Shown here: positions 12,155 through 26,252 of the stretch, in pieces
How positions within the stretch are numbered: position 1 is the first letter of the stretch
How the letters are laid out: every line of letters starts with the position of its first letter
Assembly (NCBI RefSeq): GCF_964194155.1
Contig: NC_135899.1
Location: 83,018,001-83,082,000, forward strand
Length of the DNA: 64,000 nucleotides
Direction of reading: 5' to 3'
Source: Cetorhinus maximus
Lineage: Eukaryota
Program-made: the position numbers and the translations under genes
The notes under the pieces: generated by a model
The model's database searches: none
Seen by the model: the letters and a program-made list of their open reading frames with translations, nothing else
Told to the model about the DNA's origin: nothing

Positions 12155-13829
12155 TGTCAGTTGCATTGTGCACCTACTCTTAACCCATTCCTCGGTAGGA
12201 AAGAAAACAGAAGTTGGATGATTTTGATATTTTTGGATCTGCTTTGGGTTCTATTGTAAGGACTACACGCTATACAGTGCGATGAAGATCAGTCTTTCAT
12301 TCCTAGTTAAATATGGAGCAAGGACAGCCATCACTGGACACCATATCCTAAAGTATCCATTTGACTAAATGGCATTAAGCAGCACCTGCATTTTAAAAAA
12401 ATGTTGCTTACGCATAGGTTAAGATCTGTAAAGAGGAGACACAAAATACCGCAACTATCGATGGGTCTAGCAAAATAATTCTTTGTTTTAAACTCCTGAA
12501 ATATCAAGATCATTGGGCTGATACCAAATGTGTCAAAACGTTCTACATTATGCACGCATTTTCGATTCCAATAGTGAGCAGCTGTAGACAACAGCTAGTC
12601 AAAATCTAAACTTCAGTCAAAAACACTGTGCTACTTTTAAACAGTGGGAAGATACGACATCATCGACATTTGCCAAGCTTTTCAAACATCCTGTCAAAGC
12701 ACTATTTGTGACCCGCCCAACATTCTGACAGACAGTAAACAGTAAACCCAGGAGATTGAAAACTGAGTTCATTCAATTTTTCCACAAATTTTAACAACTG
12801 TCTCACGTTCCTCTGGTTGAAGGAGATGATTTGCAAATTTAAGCTGAAAATAAGTAATACACTTCACCATGCAACCAAATGCCTTGTGGGTAAAACTCTA
12901 AATTAACTGAGCCTTTCCGATAATGCAACAATCTGTGTTCGGCTCACCAAATCCTGAAAGACCCGAATGTTGGGTTTTCTTCTTCAATGGTCCTAAATAA
13001 GCCTACAAAGAATCAGTGGGCTCACTCGCTATAGGTGTTAATCAAGTACATAATAAAATAAATGGACAACTGAAGTGCTGTTTTTAACTGACAACTGTCC
13101 TGATATTACAAAAATATATGTATATTGTTCCATCAACTGACCGACCAGCTCTGCTACAAATCGTCTAGGAAATCAATAAGGTTCCAATGCAACTATCTGA
13201 TTGCTGGAGCCTTGATAGCATGACTCACAATAGCACTCTTAGCTTGGAGTCAGAAGGTTCCAGAGTGAAGCCCTTACTCCAGGAACCGATCACAAAATCG
13301 AGCAGATATTTAAATCCAGCATTAAGAGAACAACACTGTGAAGCCTCAAGGGTGTGATGAAAATATGATAAAGTGCTACCTGTTATTATTGTAGGTGGGT
13401 GCATGGGAAACTGCAAGATGTTAAATGCAAATAGATCAGCCATTGTAAGCACAATCACCTGTGCTGATAGGAATCCTACCTGCTGAAATCAGAGCTGCTA
13501 TTTCAAATTAAAAAGAATTGTTTCTCTCTCGACAAATGCTCCTGAGCATAACCAGAATTTTCTGTTATTTCAGAGTTCCAGCAGCTACAGTATTTTGCTT
13601 TTGTCATTTATAAGCTGCACAAGAGTTTTCAGATAACTCTGGAGACTTCAACTAGTCATATCAGTGTGCGGTATTTGCCTTTTCTTGCTTTGCTAAAGTA
13701 ACAATTCAGAAGGCGATGGATTCAAGACCCACTCCAGGACTTAACCAACAGCCATACAATTCTAACAGTGCAGGAAGACCACAATGTCAAACATTCCTTT
13801 CTAATTCACCCTTTGAGTCAATCCTATTC

Positions 13830-14540
13830 AGTGGATCTGGGTGTCCTCATGCATGAATTGCTGAAAGCTAGTATGCAGGTACAGCAGGTAATAAGGAAGG
13901 CAAATGGAATTTTGGCATTTATTGCTAAAGGAATAGAGTATAAAAATAGGGAAGTGTTGTTGCAACTGTACAAGGCATTGGTGAGACCGCACCTGGAGTA
14001 CTGTGCACAGGTTTGGTCCCCTTACTTGAGAAAAGATGTAGTTGCATTGGAGGCAGTTCACTAAATTGATTCCAGAGATGCGGGGCTTGTCTTATGAGGA
14101 GAGATTGAGCAGTTTAGGTTTATACTCGCTAGAGTTTAGAAGGATGAGAGGAGATCTAATTGAGGTATATAAGATGCTAAAGGGGATAGATAAAGTAGAC
14201 GTGGAGCGGATGTTTCCCCATCTGGGGCATTCTAGAATGAGAGGCCATAGTTTTAGGCTAAGGGGTGGTAGATTTAAATCAGAGATGAGGAGGAATTACT
14301 TTTCTCAAAGGGTCGTGTATCTGTGGAATTCACTACCTCAGAGTGCAGTGGATGCCAGAACGCTGAATAAATTTGAGGAGACAGACAGGTTTTTAATTAG
14401 TAACGGGTTGAAAGGTTATGGGAAAAGAGCGGGAAATTAGAGTTGAGGCCAAAATGAGATCAGCCATGATCGTAATGGCTGGCGGGACAGGCTCGAGGGG
14501 CTGAATTGCCTACTCCTGCTCCTAGTTCTTATGTTATGTA
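13830..14540 (+). mobile_element. CR1 LINE 3' fragment
   Basis: LVRPHLEYC...LYSLEFRRMRGDLIEVYK...FSQRVVYLWNSLP followed by a CR1 3'UTR tail. Confidence 0.9.
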
Positions 14541-14546
14541 AAAGCA

Positions 14547-15160
14547 TGCATTTATATATCACTTTTCACAACCACCGGACATCTCAAAGCACTTTAAGCT
14601 AATGAAATACTTTTGACGTGTAGTCGCTGTTGTACTGTAGGAGACGTGCCGGCGCACAGCAAGCCCCCACAAACAGCAACGTGATCGTGGCCAGGTAACC
14701 TGTTTTCGCAGTGCTGATTAAAGGGAGAAGCATTGGCTAGGGCACCAGGGAGAACTCTCGCTCTTCTTCGAAACCGTGGTCACGAGGGGGCCTTCCACAT
14801 CCACCCGAGGGCGGCGGACAGAGGGCCGGGGTCAAATCCGCTGATCCGAAATACGGCACCGGCGACAGTGCGGCACTCCCCTCGGTACTGCACTGGTTGG
14901 GGGGGGGGGCGGAGAGTGTCAGCCCTGACGCTTTGAGCTGGAGTCTCTGGAGTCGGGACTTGAACCCACCGTGTATTTAAGACCGAGATAGGTAGGTTCT
15001 TGATTGGTCAGTGGGATCAAAGGTTACGGGGAGAATGGGGTTGAGAAACTTATCAGCCATGATTGAATGGCGGAGCAGACTCGATGGGCTGAATGGCCTA
15101 ATTTCTGCTCCTAGGTCTTTTATGGTCCATAGCCTCCTGCCTCAGCGCTGGGAGTGCTGA
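14547..15160 (-). mobile_element. tRNA-derived SINE (Deu-domain/SacSINE1-like) interrupted by a short CR1 3' end (~14970-15125)
   Basis: B-box TGGGTTCAAGTCCC on the minus strand (~14955-14968) and an L2-like tail; family name is from recall. Confidence 0.6.
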
Positions 15161-15199
15161 GCCGCTCACCTCCCCCACCCACCCCCAGCTCTGCTGTAC

Positions 15200-15700
15200 C
15201 GCTTGCGACATCATTAAAAAGACAGAAGGTTTAGTCTGATCAGGTTACATTGAAAAGCCCAGCGGCGCAGGGAGCGGGCAGGGTGGGTGGAGTAAGGGCT
15301 GAGGGTTCGCTCAGGCCCCACCCCAGTCCAGCCCCATTGCCAAGAGGGTCTGTAGGCCTCAGGCTGCAGCTTACAGAAGGAAAGGAAAGGGGCGGGAGGC
15401 CGCTTGGCGCCGAGAGGCCGGAGCCATTCACCCCCAGTCCCCCGCTTCCCCCTTCCCCCGGCCGGCTGCCCTTACCTCGGTGAGAAAGAGCTTAAAAGCC
15501 TCCTCTCCGCCGGAATCCACCCCGGGAGCCAGGCTGCCCGACGCTGCTCCGCTCTGAGTCGCCATTTTGCTTCCCCCCCCCCCTCCTCCGGGGCCCCGTC
15601 GACCACGTGACCCGCGCCACCGCCGCCGCCCTCCAGGTGGCGCTGGTGGGCGCCGCCTCCCTCAGATGATTGACAGGAGGCCAGCCCAGGCTTTGCTGCC
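15200..15700 (-). promoter_or_regulatory. DNAJC8 CpG-island promoter: YY1-like AAAATGGCG over the ATG, E-box CACGTG (~15604), CTCF-like CCTCCAGGTGGCGCTG (15630-15645), TGATTGACAG (15667-15676)
   Basis: High GC and CpG density around exon 1; motifs read directly. Confidence 0.7.
15476..15565 (-). CDS. DNAJC8: DnaJ homolog subfamily C member 8, coding exon 1 (MATQSGAASGSLAPGVDSGGEEAFKLFLTE)
   Basis: ATG at 15565-15563 inside a CpG island; 90 nt ending at a GAG|gtaag donor; EEAFxxFxxE resembles the DNAJC8 N-terminus and joins exon 2 in frame. Confidence 0.9.
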
Positions 15701-16719
15701 TTTATCCACTCCAAAGCCAGCAAGCTTGATCTCACTTTGCAAAGGAAATGCATCAGGCCACATATGAGGCCATTGAACCACTTCACCCCTCAAGCTCAAA
15801 GATCTTCATGTCAACAACAAATATGAACAAAATCCAATAGCACTTCATTATTCTTTCATGGGATGTAGCAAGGTCAATATTTGTTGACCATCCCTATTTG
15901 TCCTTGAGCTGATTGGCTGGCTAGGCCATTTCAGAGGGCAGTTAAGGGTCAGCCGCATTGCTGTGGAGTTGAGACCACAGCCAGATCAGCCATGGTCTTA
16001 TCGAATGGCAGACCAAGCTCGAACAGCTGAATGGCCTCCTTCTGCTCCTATGTCCCTGTGGGTCTGGGGGGTGGAGTCACATGTAGGCCAGACCAGGGGC
16101 GGGTGGCAGATTTCCTTCCCTCAAGGACATTAAGTGAACCAGATGGGGTTTTATTTTGAATGACAATCAACAAGGCTTTCATGGTCAGCATTACTGAGCC
16201 GAGTTTTCAATTTCAGATCTAATGAATTGAATTCAAATTCTGCCAGCCGCTGGTAGTGGGATTTGAACCCATGTCCCCACAGCGTTAGCCTGGGCGTTGG
16301 ATTACTGGTCCAGTAATGTTACTAAAACGCCATTGTCTCCCCCTCTTCAAGTGCTACTGTATATGGTGAGTTACTTTTCTTCAGTTGAAAAAGCTTTGCC
16401 AACAACAACTTATGTTTATAAAGCACCCCTTAATGTAACGAAACATCCTGAGGTGCTTCACAGGAGCATTACAAAACAATTTATGACACCAAGCCACAAA
16501 GGGAATATTAGGTCGGACGACCAAAAGCTTGGTCAAAAAGATAGGTTTTAACACAAGAACTAGGAGCAGGAGTAGGCCATTCGGACCCTCAAGGAGTATC
16601 TGAAAGGAGGAAAGTGAGGCAGAGGGATGGAAAGAGTTAGGAGGGAGTTCCAGAGCTTGGGGCCTGGGAAACTGAAGGCACAGTCACCAGTGGTGGAGCA
16701 ATTGTGATTGGGTATGCAC

Positions 16720-17240
16720 AGAGGAAGGGTACACTTGTTTTGGAGGTGGAACATCAAAGGTTCACTGGATTTGGTCATGGGATGAGGGGGTCGTATTATG
16801 TAGAATGGTTGAGTAAATTGGGCCTATGCTCTCCAGACTTCGGAAGAATGAGAGACGATCTCATTAAAACACGCAAGGTTCTTAAGGGGCTTGTCAGTAT
16901 AGAAACCGAGAGGTTATTTCTCCTGGCTGGGAAGTCTAGAACATGGGGGTGCAGCCTCAGGTTAAGGGGTCAATCATTAGGACTGAGATGAGGAGAAATT
17001 TCTTCACCCAGAGGTTTGTGAGCCTTTAGAATTCTCTGCACAAGAGGGCTAATGATGTTGCATCCTTGAGTAGATTCAAGACTGAGATTGATCGATTTTT
17101 GATCTCTTGGGGCATCAAGGGGTATGGGGAGGGGGCAGGAGCTGAGGTAGAAGATCAGTTGTGATCACATTGAATGGCAGAGCAGGCTCAGTGGGCTAAA
17201 TGCTCTACTCCTGCTCCTAATTCTTATGTTCTTATGTTCA
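16720..17240 (+). mobile_element. CR1 LINE 3' fragment
   Basis: Degenerate RT C-terminal peptide and TTCTTATG tail repeats. Confidence 0.85.
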
Positions 17241-18882
17241 TATCCAAGTTGCACTTATTTGGTGTCTTGCCTTCAGTCTGGAAGAAGTACTGACTGAGGT
17301 GAAGAGGGATGAGAGAAAGCTTGTGGGGAGCAGAAATGCCAGCATAGACCTGTCGGTTCAAATAGCCTGTTTCTGAGCCCTACACTTGGTGTGACAAACC
17401 TCAAGATGAATGGGCACCGAGCGAGGATGGAGAGGTTAGCAGAGGGGGCTGAAAGCCTGGTGAAGGAAGTCAATTCTAAGAATGTTCCTAAAAAGAGAGT
17501 GGGGAAGGTGAAAAAGAGAGGGATGTAGATTGGGTATTACAGAGCATAGGGACTAACCATGGTTACTGATGATAGGGGGAAAATGTGGGGTGAGGCACAA
17601 CAGAGTTAAAGGAATGGAGTGTATGGAAGAAGTCACAGATTTAAGGAGGAGTGAGGCCACTGAAGGATTCAAATGCATGGTTGATTATAAATTTGAGGCA
17701 TTGAGATACAGGAGCTAATGTATACTGACAAGGACAGGGTGAACAGGATTTGTTTTGGATTCAGGCTTTAGAATTTAGGATGGCTGAAGTTTGGGGAAGA
17801 TGGGAGACCGGTCAGGAGAACATCAATGAGGTTTTCAGCAGAGATTGAAGTGTAGTCAGGGCAGAGGCAGGTCATGTGTTGAAATGAATACTTGTAAGCA
17901 GTTGGAAGTCAGTGGTCTTTGTGGCAGAGTTATGAAACTCAACTTGGCATCAAATAGACTCTCGGTTTGTAAAGGGTCTGGTTCAGCCTGAGTTAGTGGC
18001 CAGGGAGGGGGATGTTGTTGCTGAGGGCGTAGAGTTTGTAGCAGGGACAAAAGATGATGCGTTCAGTCATTCCAAAGCTTAGCTGCAGGATGCTATGCCT
18101 CTATCTAGATGGGCCATCAAATAAGATGCCAGATAGCTCAGAGGCAGCCGTAGCATCAGGAGGGATGTTGAACAGGTAAAGCTAAGTGTCACTAGCATTT
18201 ATGTGTAAGCTGACTCCATGCCTGCAGTTGACATTTTGTGAGGTGGCATAGAGAGGAGGAAGGTGTGGTGGAGTGGGGGGGAGGGGGGTGGCTGAGTAAG
18301 GATCTTTAAGGGACTCCAGGTTTGATGGTGCAGGGCTGAGAAGGGATAGCATATCAGTCCTTCAAAACCCTTGAACTCTACCATCTAGAAAGACAGGGGC
18401 AGCAGATGCATGGGAACACCACCGCATGCAAATTCTCCTCCAAGTCACACAATATCCTGACTTGGAAATATATCTCCATTCCTTCACTGTCGCTGGGTCA
18501 AAATCCTGGAACTCCCTCCCTAGTAGTACTGTGGGTGTACCCACACCACATGGACCGCAGCGGTTCAAGAAGGCAGCTCACAACCACCTTCTCAAGGGCA
18601 TTTAGGAATGGGCAATAAATTCTGGCCTAGCCAGTGAAGCCCACATCCCATGAATGAATAATTTTTTTAAAAGATCCAGGATACACTCCTTCCATGGGTC
18701 CAAAGTAATGAAGACAAACGGAGAGGCATTGAAAAGAAATTCCAGAGTGGAGGACTAGATGAGGGCATGGTTGCCAAAAGTGAGACAAAGTGAGGGGAGT
18801 TTCCACAAGAGGCTAGTTGGAGGAGAGCAGAGTTCTTAAAGGACTGTAGGGTTGCAAAAGGTAACGAGGGGTAAGACGAGAC

Positions 18883-19395
18883 CATGTTTCTGGGAACTGG
18901 ACTGACCGATCCTTTACTCCTTTCACCACCAGGTCAGACTGTCTGAAGGCGCTGGGGATACGGTTTGGAGCGACCAGGGCATGCGCTAGAAACTGGAAGG
19001 AGTGAGTAGCTATGGCCAAACAAAAATTTGGGCAAGTGGGAGCAATGCTCCCTCTCCATTGTGTGTAAGAACCTAGTCATCAGGTGCAAGGCACTCTTGG
19101 TGTTGCTGTACATGGCGCAGGTCTGGCCCATTCCTCACTCCTACACACTAAAGCTTGGGGCAGCCGCCGCAGAGGCCCAGTGGGGAAAGGTCGCTGTCTA
19201 AGGCCTTTCAGCCATAGTGCACCAAGGGGCTGGGAGTTGTATAGACCCCCACGGGCTGTATGACTCGCAATTGTATTGAAGCACCTCCGAATGATCTATG
19301 TAGATAATATGAATATTATTCACTTTCTGTAAAGACCATTTTGAAATGTTTTGTAAAGTTCTTTTAGATGTTTTATGAATGAAGCATATTTTTCC
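18883..19395 (+). mobile_element. Tx1/L1-like LINE fragment, internally deleted; a further piece at ~19960-20105
   Basis: LKALGIRFG...ARNWKE...SLSIVCKNLVIRC...LLYMAQVWP resembles the Tx1 ORF2 post-RT region. Confidence 0.55.
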
Positions 19396-22300
19396 AGACA
19401 AAAGGAAGGGATTTAAACACAAGGATTAGAATTTTAAACTTGACATGCAGGAGGATTGGGAGTTAGTGTCGGTCAGCAATGAATGATGATGATGAGTGAA
19501 GAAGATCGGATATGGGCAGCAGTGTTTTTGATGAGCTGATGTTTATAGAGGATGGAGAATGGGAGACCAGCTAGGACAGCACTGGTATTGTCAAGTCTGG
19601 AGGTGACAGAGGCATGGGTGAGAGGCTTGGCAGCAGACGAGTTGAGACAGAACAGAGGCAGTCAATGTTACAGCAGTGGAAGTGGGTGACCTTTGCAATG
19701 AAGCCGATAAGGAAGGTCAGCTTGAGGACAAAAAGTGTGCCAAAAGTGTCAGCGCTTCAGAGGAGATGAGAGAGACAAAAAAGGAGTGGAGAGACAGATT
19801 TTTTAAAAATAGCAAAAATGGGTCAAAACAAATGCATCATACTAAATAAAAAGAAACAGTCCTTGAAAGTAAAGGATGCAAATACGTGCAGATCAATTCT
19901 GAACCAGCACAAACCAGCAAAGTAAAGGAAGGACCTATATTCCTGTAAAATTTGGGAAAAGGAGATTGTTGATCCTATCGGATGGTTCCCTGAGCAGACT
20001 GCCAAAGTCATTTGGCAGAATGCCTCATCGCCAGAACTTTCAAACTAGCACCAAGACGTAGCTTGGCTGGTGGTGAGAAAGGCCCTCCCCATCAGATCCT
20101 CCCTTGTGGTGGGGAAGCCTGAGACAGTGGCCAGGGAAGCTGTTAACAACAGTAGCAAGCAAGCTATAGAGTTTGTGGGCAATCGAAATCTATGTTTTAA
20201 TTGGAGGAAATTGTGGCTTATCTAAAACTAAATGTTGGACAAGTAGTGGATGGGTTAAGCAAGTTGATGGAGAAGCAGTGTTAGGTGTTGTCAGTGTATA
20301 TGTACAACCTCTTCCCATATTTTCAGATATCATCAAGGGGTGACAGAATAGACTTGGACTTCGGTTTGGTAGCCTTCATGGTTGAATAGCCTGCTTGGCA
20401 CACACACTCGGTCAAGGTACCGGTATTCCTGTGAAACCATACTCCAACAAGATTCAACAACTTTAACACAGAAAGGGATACAAATTGGAACATCCAATAA
20501 AGAAAGAAAGACTTGCATTTCTATAGCACCCTTCACAACCTAAAGCACTCCACAACCAAAGCAGTTTAGAGCCAACTATGTACTTTTGAAGTGTAGTCAC
20601 CATTGTAATGTAGGAATGTGCAATTTACCCCCACCCCCAACCTTAATGTAAAATCTCAGTTTGTGAAGATAAATATGCTCTATGTATTTAACCAGTGAGG
20701 GGTCAGGGCCATAAGACCATAAAGGATAGGCACTGGGTTTGCACTTCATGAATCCTCATTAAAATTCACTCCAGACTGATGGACTGAAAGTCTCAAATGA
20801 GTTTGGCAGTCTCGGTCCAAGTCTTACTGGGAATGGCTCCTAAAGGAAAACTGATGACATCACAGAAGAAAATCACATGGTGGTTGGTGTGGAAAATGTA
20901 ACAGGGTCAAACCGATATATTTCAGGATGCTCCAATTTTTGTTCGTTCATGCTGTGTGGGAGCCGCCGGAAAGACCAGCATTTATTGCCCATCCCCAATC
21001 ACCCCAGAGAAAGTGGTGGGGAGCTGCCTTCTTTAACCACTGCAGTCCTTGTGATGAAGATACACCCACAGTGGCGTTAGGGGGCAGTTCCGGGATTTTG
21101 AACCAGCATTGATGAAGGAACAGTGATATCATTTCAAGTCAGGATGGTGTTTGACTTGGAGGGTAATGCTGAAGCACATCTTTGGAGTAGAGCAGAGGAA
21201 TCTTTACTTGATACTTAACCGTGCTATGCTTTACCTATAAGTGCTTTCTGCTAATACCGAGCGCCTGGATTGGAAAAAAAATTCTTCAGCAGTTTCATCC
21301 CTTATTACAATGAACATAAAATGTCAGAGAAAAGTTTCCTTTTTCAGATACTTCAAGGTTCATAAGTAACCATTTCAAAAACTATAGCTCAACAGTAAGC
21401 GCTTACTTGTATCGACATGGCCATATCTGGAGAAAACTACACTATCAGAAAAAGATACTGTATTTCTTGGCACTAGGATTGAATACAATTTGAACAAGTG
21501 TCAATGTTTTATGTAGTGTTCACAAAATTTGTAAGAAGAATTCCACTGGATAAGTCAAACCAATTCTCGGTGAAGGAATTTGATTCATGCTCAATGGTAC
21601 CTGGAGCAACAGGCTTTAGAATTTTGAAGATTTTGAGAACATTGGATTTTTTTCATTCAGTAGAAGTTGGGGGAGGAAATCAGTGTATCCTAAGTTAGAG
21701 GATCAGCTGGTAATGTGTGAGGTAAGGCCATGGCACAATAATCATAATGAGTTGTGCATGGGGTGGGCTTGATGAATGACATTTTTCACTCAGGGTTTCC
21801 TTGTGTTCTTGTGAAACACTACTTGGCAATTTTCTCTCTCTTCAGGCACCATGACCTCAGAGGGTGTTGGCAACCTTAGACCTCCATGTTATTCTTGCGA
21901 TAGAGGCATGGATCATCTTTGTTGGTGGTACATTAAGCCAGTTTGTGAGGCTCTTTAGAAAGATCATTATTTGTCTATCTCAATCTTTTTTACCATTGAT
22001 CTTCACCATCAGCCTCAGACTTTCTAAATCATGGTTTCTTATGACATGCCCAAGAAATTTCAACTGTCTCTTCCTGACCTTAGTCGGCAGAGTTCTTTTG
22101 GTCTCAGATTTTACCAGCACCTCTTCATTGGTCATGTGACTTGCCCAAGGTATCTTCATTATTCACCTCAAAATTCACAACTCTGCAGCTTAATTCTTCT
22201 ATGCATTGCTTCACTGATCGTCCAACACTCACTTCTGTCTGTCAAAATTGGTGTGATGTAGCATTCCAGGATTCTCAGCTTTGTTTCCATAGCTAATTTT

Positions 22301-22520
22301 CATTGGTCATTATCTTTTTAATTTTTTGAAATGCATCTTCGGCCGTTCCAATCCTTATTTCTTGGTCATACTTTCCATCCGATGTTGACATACTTCCTAG
22401 GTAACAAAATTGTCTACCTGTATGACCTTTTCTTTGTTCACTGTGATCTTACACCCTGGTATGATTTTCTTTTTGGACGCTACTGGACATTTTGATTTCT
22501 TTCAATTTATGCTCAGCCCT

Positions 22521-23460
22521 TGACTGAAGCCATGGCTGGCGATGACTCAAGCAAAAGGAACTTTCTGGCATTTAGAACAGCTATTATCTTGTTATCTCTA
22601 AAGAGGTGCTAATGACCCCTGTGACTATAGAGATCAAATCCAAGGGAATTGTACAAAGGCCGTTTATATTTCTAAGGCCAGGCCCAGCCAACAGAGATAA
22701 CCAGTCTGTGAGGACAAAGGACTTTGAAATCTCTTTTGAAATTATTAATGGTTGAAACATTAACCATCCCAAAAACCCAAACTAAGGAATATACATTCTT
22801 TGTCCAAACCAGTGGAGAGGTGGGAGTCACCTGATCTATCACCATTCCCCAAGGTGCTGAAACCTGTAATATTGCCTTGTGGAGCTGCACAGCTCAGACT
22901 GCCATCATCCATCAACCAAGCAGCAGAGCTCTGTCCACATTTAAAATGCCTGACCCCCATCTACACTGTTTCTACTGGAACTTCTGTACCAGGGCCTAGA
23001 AGACTAATTTATACCTACATGCCCATCTCATCGTGGAAGTCATCTCTACTGGAAAAGTGAATTATCCAGCATCAGTCAACCTGCCAACTCTGAAAGAATA
23101 CACCATTGGACATTGATTCTGGACTCTGGACTCACGTGAAGCAATAATTCTTACCTTCTCTGTGGTTTTTGTCCTGTACCTCTTTCCTTTCCTTATCCAT
23201 CTTTTATTGTGTGAATGTATAGAGAGCTATGTAGCAACACCCCCTTCCTGCATTTTGAGTGTGTGTAAAATAAACTAGCCCTCTGATTTTACCCTATCTT
23301 GAGTTTGCTGTGGAGTTGTTAGTCGAAATTGAATCACTCCAAGACTGAGGGGTTGGGGAAAATATGCTACCACTTATAAAGGGGGAAATCAAAATCAAAA
23401 CACCTTTCTGTTTACGGATGTTGGTGAGACAAGAAGTTAAAACCCCTCCTGTCCATAACA
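22521..23460 (+). mobile_element. Solo-LTR-like insertion within the RTE LINE
   Basis: Interrupts the LINE; TG...AACA ends and internal AATAAA; no clean TSD. Confidence 0.5.
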
Positions 23461-24114
23461 CTTTTCTTCTCATTTTCACTCAATACTATGTCCAAAACCT
23501 TTTGCAATTTCCCTTCAGAGTCGGCAATAAGAACATCAGCGTATCTTATCATATTAAAGTTTTAACGTCCAATTAATAATCCAGAAAGTTCTTCATTCTC
23601 TCTAAGAATATTTTCACTATACAAGGTAAATAAATCTGGGAAGAAAACGTATCCCTCCCTGACCCCTTCTTTTGATCTTCACAAAATCATTTAGATCATT
23701 CTCAACTTTTACAGCTGCGGTTTGTTCCCAATAAAGATTTCTTATTGCTCTAAGATTTTTGCCATCAAGATCAAGAGACTCTAACATGCTGATCAGTTCT
23801 TCATGTTTCACCTTATCAAATGCCTTACTATGATCAATAACACGCACAAATACATTTTTTGCATCTCCATGGCTCTTTCCGATAGCATGTGTACCATAAA
23901 GATAGCATTTCTCATTCCTCTATCTTCTACAGAACTACATTGATGAGCTCAAATTTCTGGCTTAATCCTGCTCCTGGCCCTATTCATCAGTACTCAAAGA
24001 AAGATCTTAGTAACATGACTTATCAGGCTGGCTTTTTTTGGGAGCACAATAAATTTGGACTTACTTCTTCTGAGGTTCTCCCATGTCATCAAACTTCATT
24101 AAAGATGAGCCTCA

Positions 24115-25422
24115 GGACGGAATTTCTGGTGCCTGTTGGCGTCAGGCGTCATGGTGGGCGTGAGTGGACAATATGGCGGGAAGGCCAAAAATCGTTTTCA
24201 CAAGGCCGTGAGACCAGTTTACGATCGTCCGCTCTGCCTGTCAATGACGGGCCACCTTTCCGGCTGCCTGGAACTTCATTTTAATACATCTGCATATCAT
24301 TATAAACCCTGCTTGCCGGAATCATCCCCCCCCCCATGCTGGATCATCCAGGCATGGTTGGTGTGATTGCACGCTGACGTGTTTCACAACTGAACATAAA
24401 CGACGTGCACCTGGTGGGCTGCACTTCGCTCGGGACTTTGAGGTTTGTTTGCCTATCTTGCTTTGGGCAGCACTCGCAGTCATCAGCGCCAGGCTTCACA
24501 GGCAGTACCACATCACTTTTAGGGGGGCTCTGGGGCGGGTCTCTACCTACCAGACCAGCCGTAAGGCGGGGGTGGCTTTTCAATATCTGCAGGGCTAATT
24601 TGTACCATTAGTAATGCTTGGGGAAGGGGCACAAGTGGCCTCGGGCAAGGGAAGAGGCTGGAGGGCGAGGGCTGTACTGGGGAAGGGGGGTATTCCAGGG
24701 TGTGTGTTGGGGCACAAATTGATCTGTGAGTGGCCTCAAGATGGTGAGAGCTGAGGAGGCAGTCTCCAGAGAAGATGAGGCCATATGGAGATGTGAGGGT
24801 GTGTGTGAGAGAGTGAGTGGTGATGTCCCTTGAACTGGCAGTGAGTGCGATGCCAGTGAATGTGTGATTGGCTTGTGAGTGTGTGAGTTTAGAGTGATGA
24901 GATGCTTGCCTTACCCTGGAGGCACAGATGAGATCATTCATCCTCTTTCTGCACTGGATGGCCAACCTCTTCTGTGCAGCATTGGCACTGACCACCTCTG
25001 CCACTGTCTCCCAAGCCGGAGTGGTGACATTGATGGGCCTCCTGCTAGAGGACATCGCGGCGGGCTCCAATGATATCCAGAAGGCATCCCAGGGATGTGT
25101 CACTGAGTCAGGGGGGCTGTAGCCTTCTTGTCTTTTGGGGGCTATGTCTTCTTTGCAGTGGTCCTGGGCTGGAAGCATTGAGAGGTGTATGTGCGGCTGC
25201 TCTTCAAATATGGCACCCGGTGTGAAGAAGTGGTGAGGTGATGGTGTGGCAGGCAAATTGGAGGCCGCCCGCCAGCGCATTGGCGTGTTTCCCGGGAACA
25301 CATGATTAATGAGGCGGGATTGGGATGAGATGGTGCAAAAACCCACCATTGCGGCCGGCGGGTAAAACAACCTTTTGTCTGCCCGCTGCCGCACTCAGTG
25401 CAAATCTGGGACGATTCCACCC
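24115..25422 (-). mobile_element. Non-autonomous PIF/Harbinger element with a Myb/SANT-like ORF remnant
   Basis: TIR-like GGACGGAAT...ATTCCACCC; 3-bp TSD TCA (24112-24114 and 25423-25425); AWETVAEVVS...QCRKRMNDL. Confidence 0.82.
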
Positions 25423-25594
25423 TCAGTTTATCTGTTCCAAAGCCTTCTAAACTTTTAATTTGTTCCATGTCTATTTCATCTGGGCCTTCAGCTTTATTGT
25501 TTCTCATTTTATTTATTGCCGTTCTTACTTCATCTTTCATGATTTTTGGACCATCCGTGTTCTTCTTAATTATTGGCTTTTCTTCTTGTCTCTA

Positions 25595-26250
25595 TCAACA
25601 TCCTGGGGTTTACCTTTGATCAGAAACTGAGCTGGACTAGCCATATAAATACTGAGGCTAGAAGAACAGTGGTGAGTTACTCACCTCCTGACTCCCCAAA
25701 GCCTGTCCAACATCTACAAGGCACAAGTCAGGAGTGTGATGGAATCGTCTCCACTTGCCTAGATGAGTGCAGCTCCAACATTCAAGAAGGTCAATACCAT
25801 CCAGGACAAAGCAGCCCGCTTGACTGGCACCCCATTCACTACCTTAAACATTCACTCCCTCCACCATCGACGCACAGTGGCAGCAGTGTGTACCAACTAC
25901 AAGGTGCACTGCAGCAACCTTGCTCCAGGTTTCTGGAGTGTCCTTTGGCAGCACCTTCTAAACCCGCAATCTCTATCACCTAGAAGGACAAGGGCAGCAG
26001 ATGCATGGGAACACCACCACTTGGAAGTTCCTCTCCAAGCCACGCACCTTCCTGACTTGGAGATATATCGCCGTTTCTTCACTGTAGCTGGGTCAAAATC
26101 CTGGAACTCCCTCCCTAACAGCACCTTGGGTGTACCTACTCCACACAGACTGCAGTGTTTCAAGAAGGCGACTCACCATCACCCTCTCAAGGGCAATTAA
26201 GGACGGACAATGATTGCTAGCCTAGCTAGTGGCACCCACATCCCATGAAA
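25595..26250 (+). mobile_element. LINE 3' end of a second (CR1/Jockey-group) family; other copies at ~18375-18660, ~20970-21160, ~41070-41250 and ~44420-45480
   Basis: LGFTFDQKLSWTSHI...IHSLHHRRTVAA...FTVAGSKSWNSLP plus a shared 3'UTR. Confidence 0.7.
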
Positions 26251-26252
26251 GA

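Larger units (their letters stand above)
21850..25590 (-). mobile_element. RTE/BovB-like LINE RT region split by two nested insertions
   Basis: EVRTAINKMRNNKAEGPDEI, IDHSKAFDKVKHEEL, LYWEQTAAVKV, IRYAD; the frame continues across the Harbinger insertion site (GTDKL|RLIF). Confidence 0.8.

Noticed and set aside
13225-13290. tRNA-like A/B-box sequences here and at ~13725 and ~16255
   Set aside because: SINE heads that do not fold into a complete cloverleaf
24543-25394. 283-aa ORF as a host gene
   Set aside because: Lies within a TIR/TSD-bounded Harbinger derivative; only a short Myb/SANT stretch is recognisable
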